The translations under genes and the position numbers were made by a program. From positions 1 to 64,000 of the forward strand of contig JAAOMT010000386.1 of assembly GCA_016748015.1 (NCBI GenBank): a DNA stretch of 64,000 bases, given 5' to 3'. Of the stretch, positions 38,901-51,112 are shown in pieces (the first letter of the stretch is position 1; each line of letters starts with the position of its first letter). The DNA is from Geosiphon pyriformis uo1. Its lineage: Eukaryota; Fungi; Glomeromycota. The notes beneath the pieces were generated by a model. It was not told the origin of the DNA and made no database searches. It saw only the letters and a program-made list of their open reading frames with translations.

Positions 38901-40575
38901 TAGATAAATAACTTAAATGATTTTTTTAGTATGTTTAATCTTGAATAGTTTATTAATTTTGTTTTGTAACATAATTGTAATATTTTCAATATATTCTGCA
39001 TTAATAATTTCGCCTTAAACATTGATTTTTTATTTGCCAATAATAATTAGAAAGTAATTTAAATTATTGCTTCTGATAATATTTTGAAAACAATTTTAAG
39101 ATTAATCTTTATTAGAGACTTAGATTAAAGAATTAGAGTATCTTTGTCTGAATATTATAAGTTATATCTAACATTTATTTTGTAGGCTTTTTTTGGTTTA
39201 ATTTTTTAACCATTATTGTCAAGTATTTAAATTGTATAGTAGACTGATTTTTGACTAAATAAATTAATATGATTGTAATTTTTTTTCCAGTTCAGATTTT
39301 CTAAATTCAATTTCATGTTCATTACTTTTATTGAACAAAAAAGTGCTAAAAGCATAGCATTCTGAACATTATTAATTGTCACAAAACATAATATATTTTT
39401 TACATAATTGAATATTTATTTGTTTTAATCAATAAATTTAAGCTTCTTTAATTAAGTAAGTATAATTTGCGATTTGGTAGTAGATTTCAACTCTTTTGTA
39501 GTTGTATTTAGTGATTTTAAATATATATTTAATATATTTAGCTTATTTTATCTAATAAATATCTTTTTGGGTTTTTTTATTAATTAGAATTATGACTAGT
39601 TTATAGATTATTTCAGTATTATATAAGTAATAGTAAAGTTTGTTAAAAATACTGTTATAAGCAGTATTGAATAAGATTTTTATTTTTATTTTTTCAGCAA
39701 TTAAGAGTACATATTAGCAGATTTAATTACAAACTTTTTTTTTTATTATAATATTAATTCAGTTGTATTCTTCTGATAGTATTTTTCACATGTGAAACAA
39801 GAAGTATTGTCCTATTTTTCACTTTGTTTGAAGTATCCAAATCGTTTTCAATAATAGGTTTTGTAATAATAGCAAGTATACATCTCATATTTTTTTTTGG
39901 CAATATACAAGTTTTTATAGATAAAAGTTTTTTCTTGTAATTTTTGTATTTAAATAGAATATAGTGGCTGTTTTTATGGCTTCAGTTTAGAATAATAGAC
40001 TACATTCTATCTTTTGGTTTCTTTAAAAAATTTTTGTTCTGTTTTTTTAGTCTAATTAGATATTAATTCAAGAGTTATATAAGTTTTAATAACTGGTATT
40101 TTTTTTTCCTCTTTAAATTCGAACACAGGGATTTTTTTTAATTATTTGTTAAAAATATTACAAGTAATAAGTACTCTGGTATATTGTTTTTGGTATAAAA
40201 TTTTGAGTTTTTGGGTTTTTTAATTTAAATTTGCATTGGTTTTAAAAAGCCAATTGTTTTTAATAAAAGCTTAATATTGGAATGTATTTATAACAAAAAC
40301 TTTAATTGGAATAGTAATTCTAATAATAATAAATAAAAAGTTGCTAATTTTTTTAATTGAAGTTTTTTTTATATTATTGATTATAATAATAACTATTTGA
40401 ACAAATCTATTCATATTTTGTTTAAGCTGCTGTATTAATTAATGTGTAATAATACTTCTAATAGATTTATTGTCTAAAATTAACCAAATTGGTTTTTCTT
40501 TAATTTTGGTTTTTGTATACATAGCAATAATTGTTTTTTGTTTTATGATGACTGTATTGCTAAGCAAAAATAGTT
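35917..40575 (-). mobile_element. Ty3/gypsy fragment C (PR to IN, no LTRs), heavily AT-shifted copy of the A/B lineage
   Basis: Colinear with B ~25660-30490: IN, RH, RT with an internal deletion near 37870-37900, dUTPase at ~38810-39200, Cys-rich region, PR. Confidence 0.85.
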
Positions 40576-41902
40576 TTCTTGGAGATAACAAAGCAGAAAA
40601 CTTAAAACTTAGTAAATTTGTTGACTTATATAGAACTTATAGTAAGTTAACAATTAAACTCTAGTTTGGAATAGACAGTATGAGTATAAATAACAATGAT
40701 TTTAAAAAAAATTTAAGGTTTTATTGCTATAAGACAACAAATTATAAACATGCTATAATGTCTAAATTAAAAAATTAATAAGTATTTTTTTCTGTTAAAG
40801 AGTATAAAGTTTTCAAGTTATAAAAAGATCAAATGTGGTTTAATTTAATTATGTATTTTTAATGTTTATACACTTTACTTTACAAATTTTTACTAGGAAA
40901 AATTTTCTGCTAAATTTAATATTTTCTAATTTATATTATAAGTTTTTTAATATATAATAATATTTTGTATTTTTTGGTATTTTACTATTAAAAACATTTT
41001 ATAATATTTAAAAAATGGATTAATTAAAACAAAACTATTAATTTTCTGTATTTTAATAGTTTTTAAAAGTATTAAAAATTAAAAAAAATTGATTTTTATT
41101 TGTATATATATTATTTATTAATATTGTTAATTTTACTTACTAATAATAAATTAATTTATTTGGAATATTTTAAATTTGTATTTTGGTTTTTTAAATTTTA
41201 CAAGTTTTTTATATATAATAAGTAATAAAAGGTTAAAAATTTTTTTCTCTTGTCAATCCTCTGACCACAACAAAAGCAAAAGATAATTTTGAAAAAATTG
41301 CTTTTCTTTTTTCCTTTCCCTTTAGTTCTTGTTAACTATTTTTTCTAACTTATCTTTATTTGTTGCAATAAAACCAGTGGGCTCATCTGCTGGTAGTTCT
41401 GGTTTGGATTTGGCTGGTTTGGGGACTTGCCAGAGTACTAAAAACAAGCATGTTAATATGGTCTACTCCTGTAGTATATCCTATAAGAAACCTAAAAAGC
41501 CTGCAGCTGACATTTTGGTTGAGTTGTCTGCTGGTCCTCTATGTTTAAAAGATTTGGGTGGTAACAATGGTAAGCCAGCAGTGTCTTGGGGAAGCAAAGT
41601 GGATAGTGTTTCTGGCAGTATAAGTAGTCTTTTGGATGTTGAAAACTTGGGGAACTTGGTTGCCAAAGAGACAAGCTATGTTGATTCAGGTGAAAACGAC
41701 AAAATAGACAAGACTATGCTGTAAAGAACTCGTACTCAGATGTATGTATTAGAACAACCTCTTAAGGTACCTCTATTTGCTACTATAAACAATGACAACG
41801 ATAATTCCGTGTTATCGCCTTATAAAATCAGTGGGTCCAATCAGCTGCTCTTTTCTAAATTACATGTTCTCATAAATCATAGTTTTGGGCCAGTGAAATT
41901 GT

Positions 41903-42760
41903 TGTTACAGGTGATTATTTCTGCTGTTGAATTAAATAACAAACTTATAACTTGGTGCTCAAAAGCTATTATGAATGTGGATGTTGATAATCTAAAGATT
42001 TTCATATCTGAAAGTTTTGGTGCAAGTCCTTTATATAATGAACAGAGATTCAATAGTATCGATAGTAGATGTATGCTTCCGAGAGTTTTTTCAATTTCTG
42101 TCTCAGCGTGGTGGCCAGATTTAGTCTGGCAGTCGTGCTCTTCTGGTAAGTTATTTGATAATATATAAAATTTTACCCTTATTTCTGGGTTTTTTACCAA
42201 GTTATCTTTGATGTCAATAACTCAGTGCTCAATCTTTAATCAATTAGTATACAACAACAAAAAAAATAAAATAAAGAAAAAAAATAAGAAAATGAGCCAA
42301 AGTGATTTTGATTAATATCCTGTCAATAGCTGTGATCAAGAACTATTGTTCCAGTATGATTAAACATTTGTTACTATCAACATGAAGTTGATAGTGGAAG
42401 ATAAATTGAGGTATGAAAATAGTTATTTATTGATATTTGTAATGTAGAGAGATGCTTAAATTAAATCTAACTTAGATGTCTGTCTTTTTTGCTTTTAATA
42501 CTATTCTTATATATACATAATTGAGATTCCTCAATTCCTCAATTTTTTGTAACAAAAATCCTGGAATTTCTGGAATCCTGCAATTCCTAATGAGAGGAAT
42601 TCTGCAATTCTGGAATTTTGCAATTCTTTTTGAAGAATCCTGAAATTCCTGAAATCCTGTAATTCCTGAAAGGAATCCTGGAATTCCACATTTTTACTGC
42701 GTCTACTTCTGATTGGCTAATTTATATACTAATATAATTCCTATATTTTTATGAGTAATA
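41903..42760 (-). repeat. 3' LTR of D (858 bp)
   Basis: Direct repeat of 51113-52000. Contains a GGAATTCY repeat cluster (42520-42690) and a CCAAT box (minus-strand AGCCAATCAG at ~42710-42719). Confidence 0.93.
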
Positions 42761-42775
42761 TTATTCCCTTCTTTT
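42761..42775 (-). other. polypurine tract of D
   Basis: Minus-strand AAAAGAAGGGAATAA abuts the 3' LTR. Confidence 0.75.
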
Positions 42776-43436
42776 AATATTGAGCTCCATCGAAACCTTC
42801 TAATTTTTTGAATTCCTCTGTTTGTATTATTTTTTAAATTTCTTTTTCTAAAATTATCTGTGTTATTTGAGTTTGTAATTCTTTGAATTGAGCATTGGTG
42901 ATTTTTCCCAATTGGTTGACAGTAACAGTATCCATTGCTTTGTTGAGTAGTATTTCCGGCCGGTCTCAAAATACTGTATATATTCTGTAAATGGCTCGGA
43001 CTTGTGTAAGTAAGTTGTTTTTCTTCACAAAATATTCTAGTTGTTGCAGTATTGTGTTATTGAACAGTCATTTTGTTTTGTCCATATACAAGTTTTGAAT
43101 ATTCACATGTTGTCCCAAGTAGAAATAACAGTAGTTTTTTGAAAACTGTTGAGTTTACCAATTCCAAGTTTTTTTAGTCAGTTCTTGGTATTGTCTAACT
43201 ATTTATTGCTCTTTTATTGCCAGTTTTACTTTGGCAATTATTTTTTCTACCATGTTTTCAGACTTTTTCCGTATTTTGTTTTGTGACATCTTTGTTGTGT
43301 TTCTGTACTGGATAGTTTGTTGATTGATTATGATCTCCACTTCTTGGTGTTGAATTAATTGAAAGAGCTGTTGTGCTAAAGAATGGATGTCGTCTGTAAT
43401 TTCCATTTTTCTGATTTCTTTTGTCACATTAACCAT
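42774..43436 (-). pseudogene. accessory ORF3 of D (~220 aa, unknown function)
   Basis: One frame from the ATG at 43436 (24 nt after the pol stop) to ...EGFDGAQY* at the PPT, with 5 internal TAA/TGA stops revertible to CAA/CGA. Homologous to ORF3 of B. Confidence 0.78.
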
Positions 43437-46400
43437 GTTTTTATATAGTCTTTTGTCGATCAGTTTGACATGTTAGTGTTAATAATGATGATTGGTTCTA
43501 GATTTCGTGGAATCTTATCTGGTCGGACTAGTATTCTCTGTACCCCTAATTGTGGAATATTACTAATAGATGATAATACTCTATTGTAATATGGTTTTAG
43601 TCAATCTTCATGTGCTGCTTTGCTCAAGATTTTGTTGTTTAATCTTAATTTATAAGCTTCATTTTCTAGAATTTCTTCTATGTGAAATGGTCCATTCTAT
43701 TTGGGATCAAATTTTCCACTCCATTGTTTTTTTACTTTGGTACAATATAAAAGTACTTTGTCTTCAATCTTGAATTCTATTGGTTTATCTGGTAGTTGGT
43801 TATCATGTTGTTTTTTCTGTTTTTTTTGTGCCTTTTGTATGTTGTTAGCTGCTTTTCTTCTTTTGTTTTCCAGAGTTTCCATTAAGTCATATGTTCTTCT
43901 TAGCAATGTTTCTTGGAAATTTTCTTCTGTTATTGGTTCTGTTGAATATGTGTTGACTTCCATCTCAACTGGTAATGTTGTTGTTCTACCATATACCAAT
44001 TCAAATAGTGTTGCTTGTGTAGTATCTTGTTTCATTGTCCAGTAAGCAAATAATACTGATGGTATTAATAAATTCTAATCATCCTAATTTTTTTGGCTCA
44101 ATTTGGCTATTGCTTTACACAATGTTCTGTTAAACCTTTCAACTAATCTGTTGGTTTGTGGATAGTATGGTGATAATAGTGGCCTCTCAATTTCGAATCT
44201 TTGGCTTAATTCTGCTAATGTTTTGTTCACAAAATGAGTTCCTTGGTCTGAAAGTAATTTTTTTGGACATCTATGTTGACAGATCAAATTTTGATGAACA
44301 AATTCGGCAACAGATTCTGCATCCACTCTTTGAATTGCTTTTGCTTCTGGTCATTTGGTAAGATAGTCCATGACTACTGTATGTATCTGTTTTTTCTGCT
44401 GGTGATTGTCAATGATCTAACTAAGTCAATTCCAATCTAATCAAATGGTTGTCTTACTTTGATTGGTCTTAATGGTTTGTTGGGCTTTGTTCCTTCTCTT
44501 TTTTAACAAGCATCACAATTTTGAACATATTGGATGATGTCTGGATACATTGATGGCCAATAGTATCTTTTTCTGGCTCTTTCTATTGTGACTTCTTTAT
44601 GAAAATGTCCTGCTGTGGGATCTGAGTGTATGTTGTATAATATTGTCTCTTTTTCTGGCTCAGTGATAACTCTGAGTGGTTGATTAGGCTCTTTTCTGTT
44701 TTTCCGATAAAGTATATTCTGGTTAGTGATAAAATATTTTGATTGTTGTTTTATCTGGTTTTGTTCCGTTTAAGATAATTTCTCCTTGAACAATTGGGTA
44801 TTAATATAGTGTTGGAGTTGTTTATATTTTTGTGTGTTCATCTTTTGTTGTATTTTTCGGTTGATTGTTCTGGTTTTGTTATATTTTTGGGTCAAAATGT
44901 TCTTAGATCTGCCTCATTCACAACAGTCCATCTGTATTTCCATTGTCTTTTCCTTTTTTGTAATGTACTGTATAATTAAATAGTGATAATTCAATTTTCT
45001 ATCTTGTATGGCATTCATCCCCAAATTTTTGTTTCTGGATTGATGTCAATCCTTTGTAATCAGTGTAGACATCAAATTTTTGGCTCAAGTATTTTTTCCA
45101 TTTGGTTACTGCCTAATATATAGCCAAATGTTCCAGTGTTGGCATTCTATAGTTTTTTTCTGCTGGAGTTAAACCTCTGCTTGCATATGCAACTGAATGT
45201 TCTTTTCCATCCAGATTTCTTTGTGATAATACTGCTCCCAATGCCTGACCTGATGCATCCATGGTGATCATGAATAGCTTGTTGTGGTCAGGGTATATCA
45301 GTACTGGAGCTTGAATTAGTTTTTTCCTTAATATATCAAATGCTTTTTGTTGAGATTCAGTCCACTCATACTTAGTGTTCTTTGTCAAAAGCTGATTTAA
45401 TGGCTGGGCTATTTTAGAAAAGTTTTGGATAAAGTGTTAGTAATATCCGGCAAACCCCAAGAATGCTATTAATTCTGTGAGATTCTTTGATTCCAGAAAG
45501 TTTCTGACTGTCTCAATTTTTCTTGAGTCTGTCTTGATGCCATCTTTGCTCACCATGTGTCCCAAAAACTGAAGTTCTGTTTTTCCAAAGAAACATTTGT
45601 TAGCATTTAGTTTCAATCCAGCTCTTCTTAATCTTTCAAACACCTGTTGTAAATGGTGAAGATGATCATCAAACATTTCTGAGAACACGTTGGTGTCATC
45701 CAAGTATACTACAACTGACTTCCATAGCAAGTCTCGATATATGATTTCCATTAGCCATTGAAATGTGACTGGTGCATTCATTAAGCCAAATGGCATGACT
45801 TCAAACTCGAAATTCCTTTCTCTGGTGGTAAAAGTAGTCTTCTCTTTGTTATCTGAGTTCATGGCTACTTGCCAATAATCATTGTCCAAGTCTAATGTTA
45901 AGAACTATTTCTTTCCACCAAAAGCATCAAATAGTTCCTGAATCTGGGGAGTTGGATAATTGTCCCCACAAGTTACACTATTGAGTTTCTTATAATCCAC
46001 ACAAAAGCAAATTTTTCCATTTTTCTTATAGATGAATACTACTGGTGATGACTATGGGCTCATTGATGGCTGAATTAGCCCATTGTCAAGCATCCGGTTG
46101 ATTTCTTGATAAATGATCTCATGGCTGGCAGGTGGCACTCTGTATGCCTTCTGTTTAATTGGTATTGCATCTCCAGTCTTGATCTGGTGCTGGATGATAT
46201 CAGTTCTGCCAAATTCATTTTCACTGACAAAGATGTCATTAAAGTTGTTGAGCAACATCTTGAGCTGCATCTTTTGAAGTGGGTCTAAGTTGCCTATGTT
46301 CATTTGGTCCAATTGTTCTGGCTGGAGCAAATAACATTCATTTTATTCATATATTGTTTGTGATGTAATATCCACATATCCACAAAGTTGTGGAAAGTCT

Positions 46401-46734
46401 GGAACATAGTGTGACAGCTGATTCTCTATTTCTGTGCTTAAGTATCCAATTATTGTTTTGGCTGGAATTTCAATGGTATTTTCAGTGTTATTGTAAATGG
46501 AAATTTTGATGTGGTTGTGGTTCTTGGCAGATATGTGAAGATTGACAAGTCCAATCTCTTCTGATTTACAAAGAGCTGGTTTGGCTTCAAAAATCTGCAA
46601 CTGATTCTTTACTTTTTGCTCTATGATTATCATGTGCTGGCCATATGGTGAAATGGAGATTGCTTGACTAGTGGAGATAATTTCTCTCTTGTCAACAATC
46701 TCTTTTTCTATCATATTGACTGGCACATTTATTC

Positions 46735-47160
46735 TATCCATAGATCCGAATTCCTGTGTCCCTTTCACAATCATCCCTAATTTCTCCCTTGTTTCCACTG
46801 ACACTAAGCTAGCTATTTTGACTAATGGCAAAAATATTACCTGTGCTATCTTTTCATTTGGCTCAATAGTACAAGCCTTTTCTAAGTTATTTTGTAGCAT
46901 AGCAATAATATTTCTTACATATCCTGCATCAATTATTCCTCCTCTGATGTTGATTCCCTTCTTTGCTAAACAACTTCTAAATGCTAGTAGAACCATGGTG
47001 GTAGCTGGGATCTTCATTGCTACTTTCAAATCAATACTAGTGTGTGAGTGTGGTTCCAATTTGATGGCATTTTTCTCTGGATACCTCAGATCAAACTCTG
47101 CATTAGTATTATGCGTGTATTCTGGTATAATACTTTTGTCATTGTCACTAAACCATTTAA
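46735..47160 (-). pseudogene. dUTPase domain within pol of D
   Basis: Motifs NAEFDLRY, AFRSCLAKKG, GGIIDAGYVRNI, EKIAQVIF, KGTQEFGS. Confidence 0.9.
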
Positions 47161-50100
47161 GCTTTTGCTCTTTGGAGAGATCAGGAAGTGCAATATATTG
47201 TTCGTATTTTGAATTGGAGTTTGAATCTGAGTTCCAATCGTTGCTTTTGTGAATGGAGTTTGAACCAGTGTCTTCGTCGTTATTATCGTCATTAGAGTTT
47301 GAATTGCGATTGATTGGCAATTTTGATTCTGATGAGTAGCTGCTAATTGGCTCTTCTTCTTCTGGGATTGTGTAGATTATGCATGGTGGTGAATTGTAAA
47401 TGAGGTTACACTCATTACAATATTGAAAGTCACATGAGATCAAACAATGATCACATAGTCGAGTGTTTAACTGTGCTAAATGCTCTTCTTGTTCTTCTCT
47501 TGTGGGTGCTAAATTTTGATAACATGCCTGGAATTCTTCTGGATCATTCATAACTTTGTCTAATATGTTACCCGTTAGGCCATATTCCAGCTCAGGAAGT
47601 AATAGTGGATTGTTTTTGATTTCTTTTAGTTCCTCAACTGTAGCTTTTTCTACCATTGCATAGGCCATCCTCCAGATTTTGTCTTTGTCATGTGGATATC
47701 TTTCCAATTGTTGTAATGCTTTTTTCCAGATGTTATCAATTGGAGTTCCTTTTTATACCCAGTCATTGATTAGGATTGTGTATTGGCATGTCTCATTGCA
47801 TGCTCCTCCTCTTTCAGGAATGTTTTTCCACATCTTTTCATTTAAGAGAGTATCTTCACAAGCTAAACACAAAGTACTGTCTCATTTTCCTATTTTTGGT
47901 GGCCATTCATTGCATTCAAGGACACATGGGTGACAGTAGTATTTGGTTGCGGTAGACCATTCTTCATCTTTGTTGCAACATGCGCCCATTGATGACAATT
48001 TCTTGCCACAATCAACACACACTAGCTTGGGTTGATGGTATTGAGCTGGTGGTTGGTAGGTGTATGGGACATAAGTTGATTTGTTGGCTAGTGTCAGCTC
48101 TTTTTCTCGTTCTTTCTCTTTTCCTTTTTCTTCTCAACTCTATTCAGTGGTTGTCTCGCTCTGGCTGTCGTCACTCCATGCTTCTAGGTTTAGTTTCCAG
48201 GCAAGTTCTTCTTTTTTCTTTTTCCCTTTGTTATTCCAAGATAAGATAGGTAGTAACTTGTTGTGGTCATTATCAGCCCACAAGACTTGGTAAGCTTCCC
48301 AGGTTGGTTTTGTTTTTTTTTCTTCTAGCTCAATTAATGGCCATTTACTTAAGGAAACTTTGAAATGACCACACATGGCTGGCACCTGTGTATGTTGGCC
48401 ATTGAATGCTAGCTAGAGTTCTTGGGTGTTCCAGTTTAGTGTCGCATTGGCTTTGGACAGCCAGTCATTATCAACGAGAGCTTGGTATTGGGTGACTTCC
48501 ATCACTAAAACTTTAATAAGAGTGACAATGCCATTGACGTCAAATGGGAAGTCATCTATCTCACCAATAGATGTTTTGGTCACTCCATCAGCTGTGATAA
48601 TTCTGGCACTGGCAGCGCGATTAACTCAGCAACCTAATTGGTCCATGAGTTGTCATGTGATGATGCTGCCTACTGACCCACTGTCAAGAATCAATTTAAT
48701 GAATTGATCATCAACTTTAACATCAGTGTACATTGCTGTAATGGGCTTTTTGTTGAAAACGGCTCTACTAAATAATGGGGTGTTGGATGGTTCTTCAAGT
48801 TCAAATGAGAAAATTGCAGCTAGAGACTGGTCTTTGGTGACAATTGCTGGTGGGATATTTCTGGTGAGTAATGATTGTTGGTTGGGTTCCGATTTGTTAG
48901 GTGAAGCATCTTTTGGGGTAACCAGAAGACTTAAATAGTGCTGGGAATTCAGGTTTTGAGAATAACTGGTGCCTAAATTCCACTAACAAGATCCTGATTG
49001 TTGGGTTAATAAGCTGGGGATCAGTTGATGGACTACCATTGACGATTGCCAGTTTTGTTGGGTGATTTTCGGCCTTTGGACTCTGCTGGCAGGGAAGTTT
49101 TGTGGTGGTGTCTGAACCATTTGGGGTTGATAGATTGTTGGTGGTTGCAGTTAATATATTACTTGTGGCTGTGGATGATAAATCAGGACTTAATATATTG
49201 GTGGTTGATAAATTGGTTGCTGTATCATTGGCACATAATGAGGTAAGTGTTGGTATTGTTCTTGATTTTGCTGGGAACTTGGAGTTTGGAACCAGTGATC
49301 AGGGCTTCGATATTGATTTCCTGACCATTGGTTATTTAAACGCTGATGGCAATTAACTTGTATGTGTTTTTGTCTACCACAATAGTAGCAAATATGCATT
49401 TCTTGTTGCCATTGTCAATTGGCTGAAGATAATAGATGTGGCTAATTTTGGATGTGATTGGAGTTTCCCTGATTGTTGCATTGTTGTGGCAGTTGATAGA
49501 TTGCTCAATTGTTAGCTAAGTATCCTTCTAATTTTTGATTAATGAAATCACTAAATTGTTTCAATTTAGAATCCAATTCAGATGATTCATTCATTGCTAG
49601 GTTTACGGCTTAAGTGTGGTTAGCTTCAAATTCAGCTGATTCAAAATCTTGGACATGTGTGACTGTTGCTTGAAGGTTGGCTGGATGTAATGGATGTACA
49701 TATTGCAAGATGCTGCTGCATAAGCCACAAATAAACTGGTTCAGGATTTGTGGTACTGTGAAGTAGTTAATGTTTATGGCTTGAATTTGGCGCAGATTGA
49801 GATGGAAGCATCCCAAATAAGTGGTGACTGCTTCTGTTTCTCCTTGTCTAATGCTGGTGAAGGTGTTGGTTAGGTAATTGATACTGTTATTATTATTAAA
49901 GTACTGGAGAAATTTCTGTTTGAACGTGGCAAAATCCTGGGACTTGTTAATCAAGCTTTGGTATCATGAGTCGGCAGTATCCTGGAGAAAATATGGAATG
50001 GCCTGTAAAGCACATGCATCATTCCATCCGTTGGCTATGATTGCTTTTTTGACATTATTAAGCCATACTTGGGCATCATCTTTCTTGCCAGTGAACTTCT

Positions 50101-51094
50101 CGATTTTGGCAATAGGTGTGTAGACCATTTGTTGAACTGGTTGAATTGGTTGCTGAGATGGTACTTGAGGTGGTTGAATTGACTTACCAATTAGCTCAAT
50201 TGGTGGTTGATTGATGACAATAACTGGAGATAGGTTTTGCTAATAAATTAAATCGGGTTTTTGATTTTTTTGATTTGGCGGGATTTGAATATTTGGAGTT
50301 TTGATTTCTGGATTTTCTAAATATTGCTGAGTTTGAATGTTCAGGTTTTCTAGGATCAGGTTTTGGTAATTAAATTCCTGATCTTCGTCTTCTTTTTCTT
50401 CTGATTTGGTTACTTCTCAGAGACTAGTAGTTCTGAAATCTGGCTGATGTGGTGGTGATCGAAATCCTGATGGTGTTGGCGATCATGATTTAAATCCTTC
50501 AAAATAATTGCCATATGTTCCTAATAGGTCGACTTTTGCTTGTTTACTCTGGAAGGAAATTCTAGCTATTGGTGTTTTCATGCTGATAGACACATTTGTT
50601 GATGTGATGTTGATGGTACTTCCGAGTATGTGGTGATATGATGGATATATTGGAGATTCAATCCTTTGTTTCTTCCAATTAGGTACTTGTATTCTCTTGG
50701 GTATTACTGTTGGCATTTGTAGCTTTCCTTTGCCTTTTGCATAGGTAATCAGATATCTTTGTTGAGTGTAATTTTTAATTTCCCTGTTGATCTTAGTAAT
50801 GATTGATGCAAAATTGTGGTTTACTGGTAAGCTAGTCTGTTGAATTAATTCGTTGTAAAAGTTTTTTCTTGCTGACTCTGTATCTACTGGAGTTCTTAGA
50901 TAATAAGAAATTTTTTTGTTGACATAGAAATTGAAAGCTGATTCTGCTAATAGATAGTTGTTGGTCAATCCCAAGTGTTGACAATAGTGTTAGAATAGGG
51001 ATTTTGCAAATCCTAAATGGTTGGCTCCTATTCTTTCTGATTCTGCCACTTTTTGGTTTGGTGTTGTTGGTGCTGATTCTTTGTAGGATTATAC

Positions 51095-51112
51095 CTCACA
51101 GGGAGCACCAAA
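51095..51112 (-). other. primer binding site of D
   Basis: Minus-strand TTTGGTGCTCCCTGTGAG after the LTR end GTAACA. Confidence 0.8.

Noticed and set aside
41740-42168. 142-aa ORF as an independent gene
   Set aside because: It is a chimera of LINE E ORF1 and read-through into the antisense D LTR.
43570-43700. Chromodomain at the IN C-terminus
   Set aside because: Only the GPF module and a short tail are visible, with no chromodomain aromatic-cage motif.
46671-47252. 193-aa antisense ORF, and similar shadow ORFs (e.g. 2445-2759, 14940-15236, 52568-52993)
   Set aside because: They overlap recognised pol or ORF1 frames and show no independent motifs.
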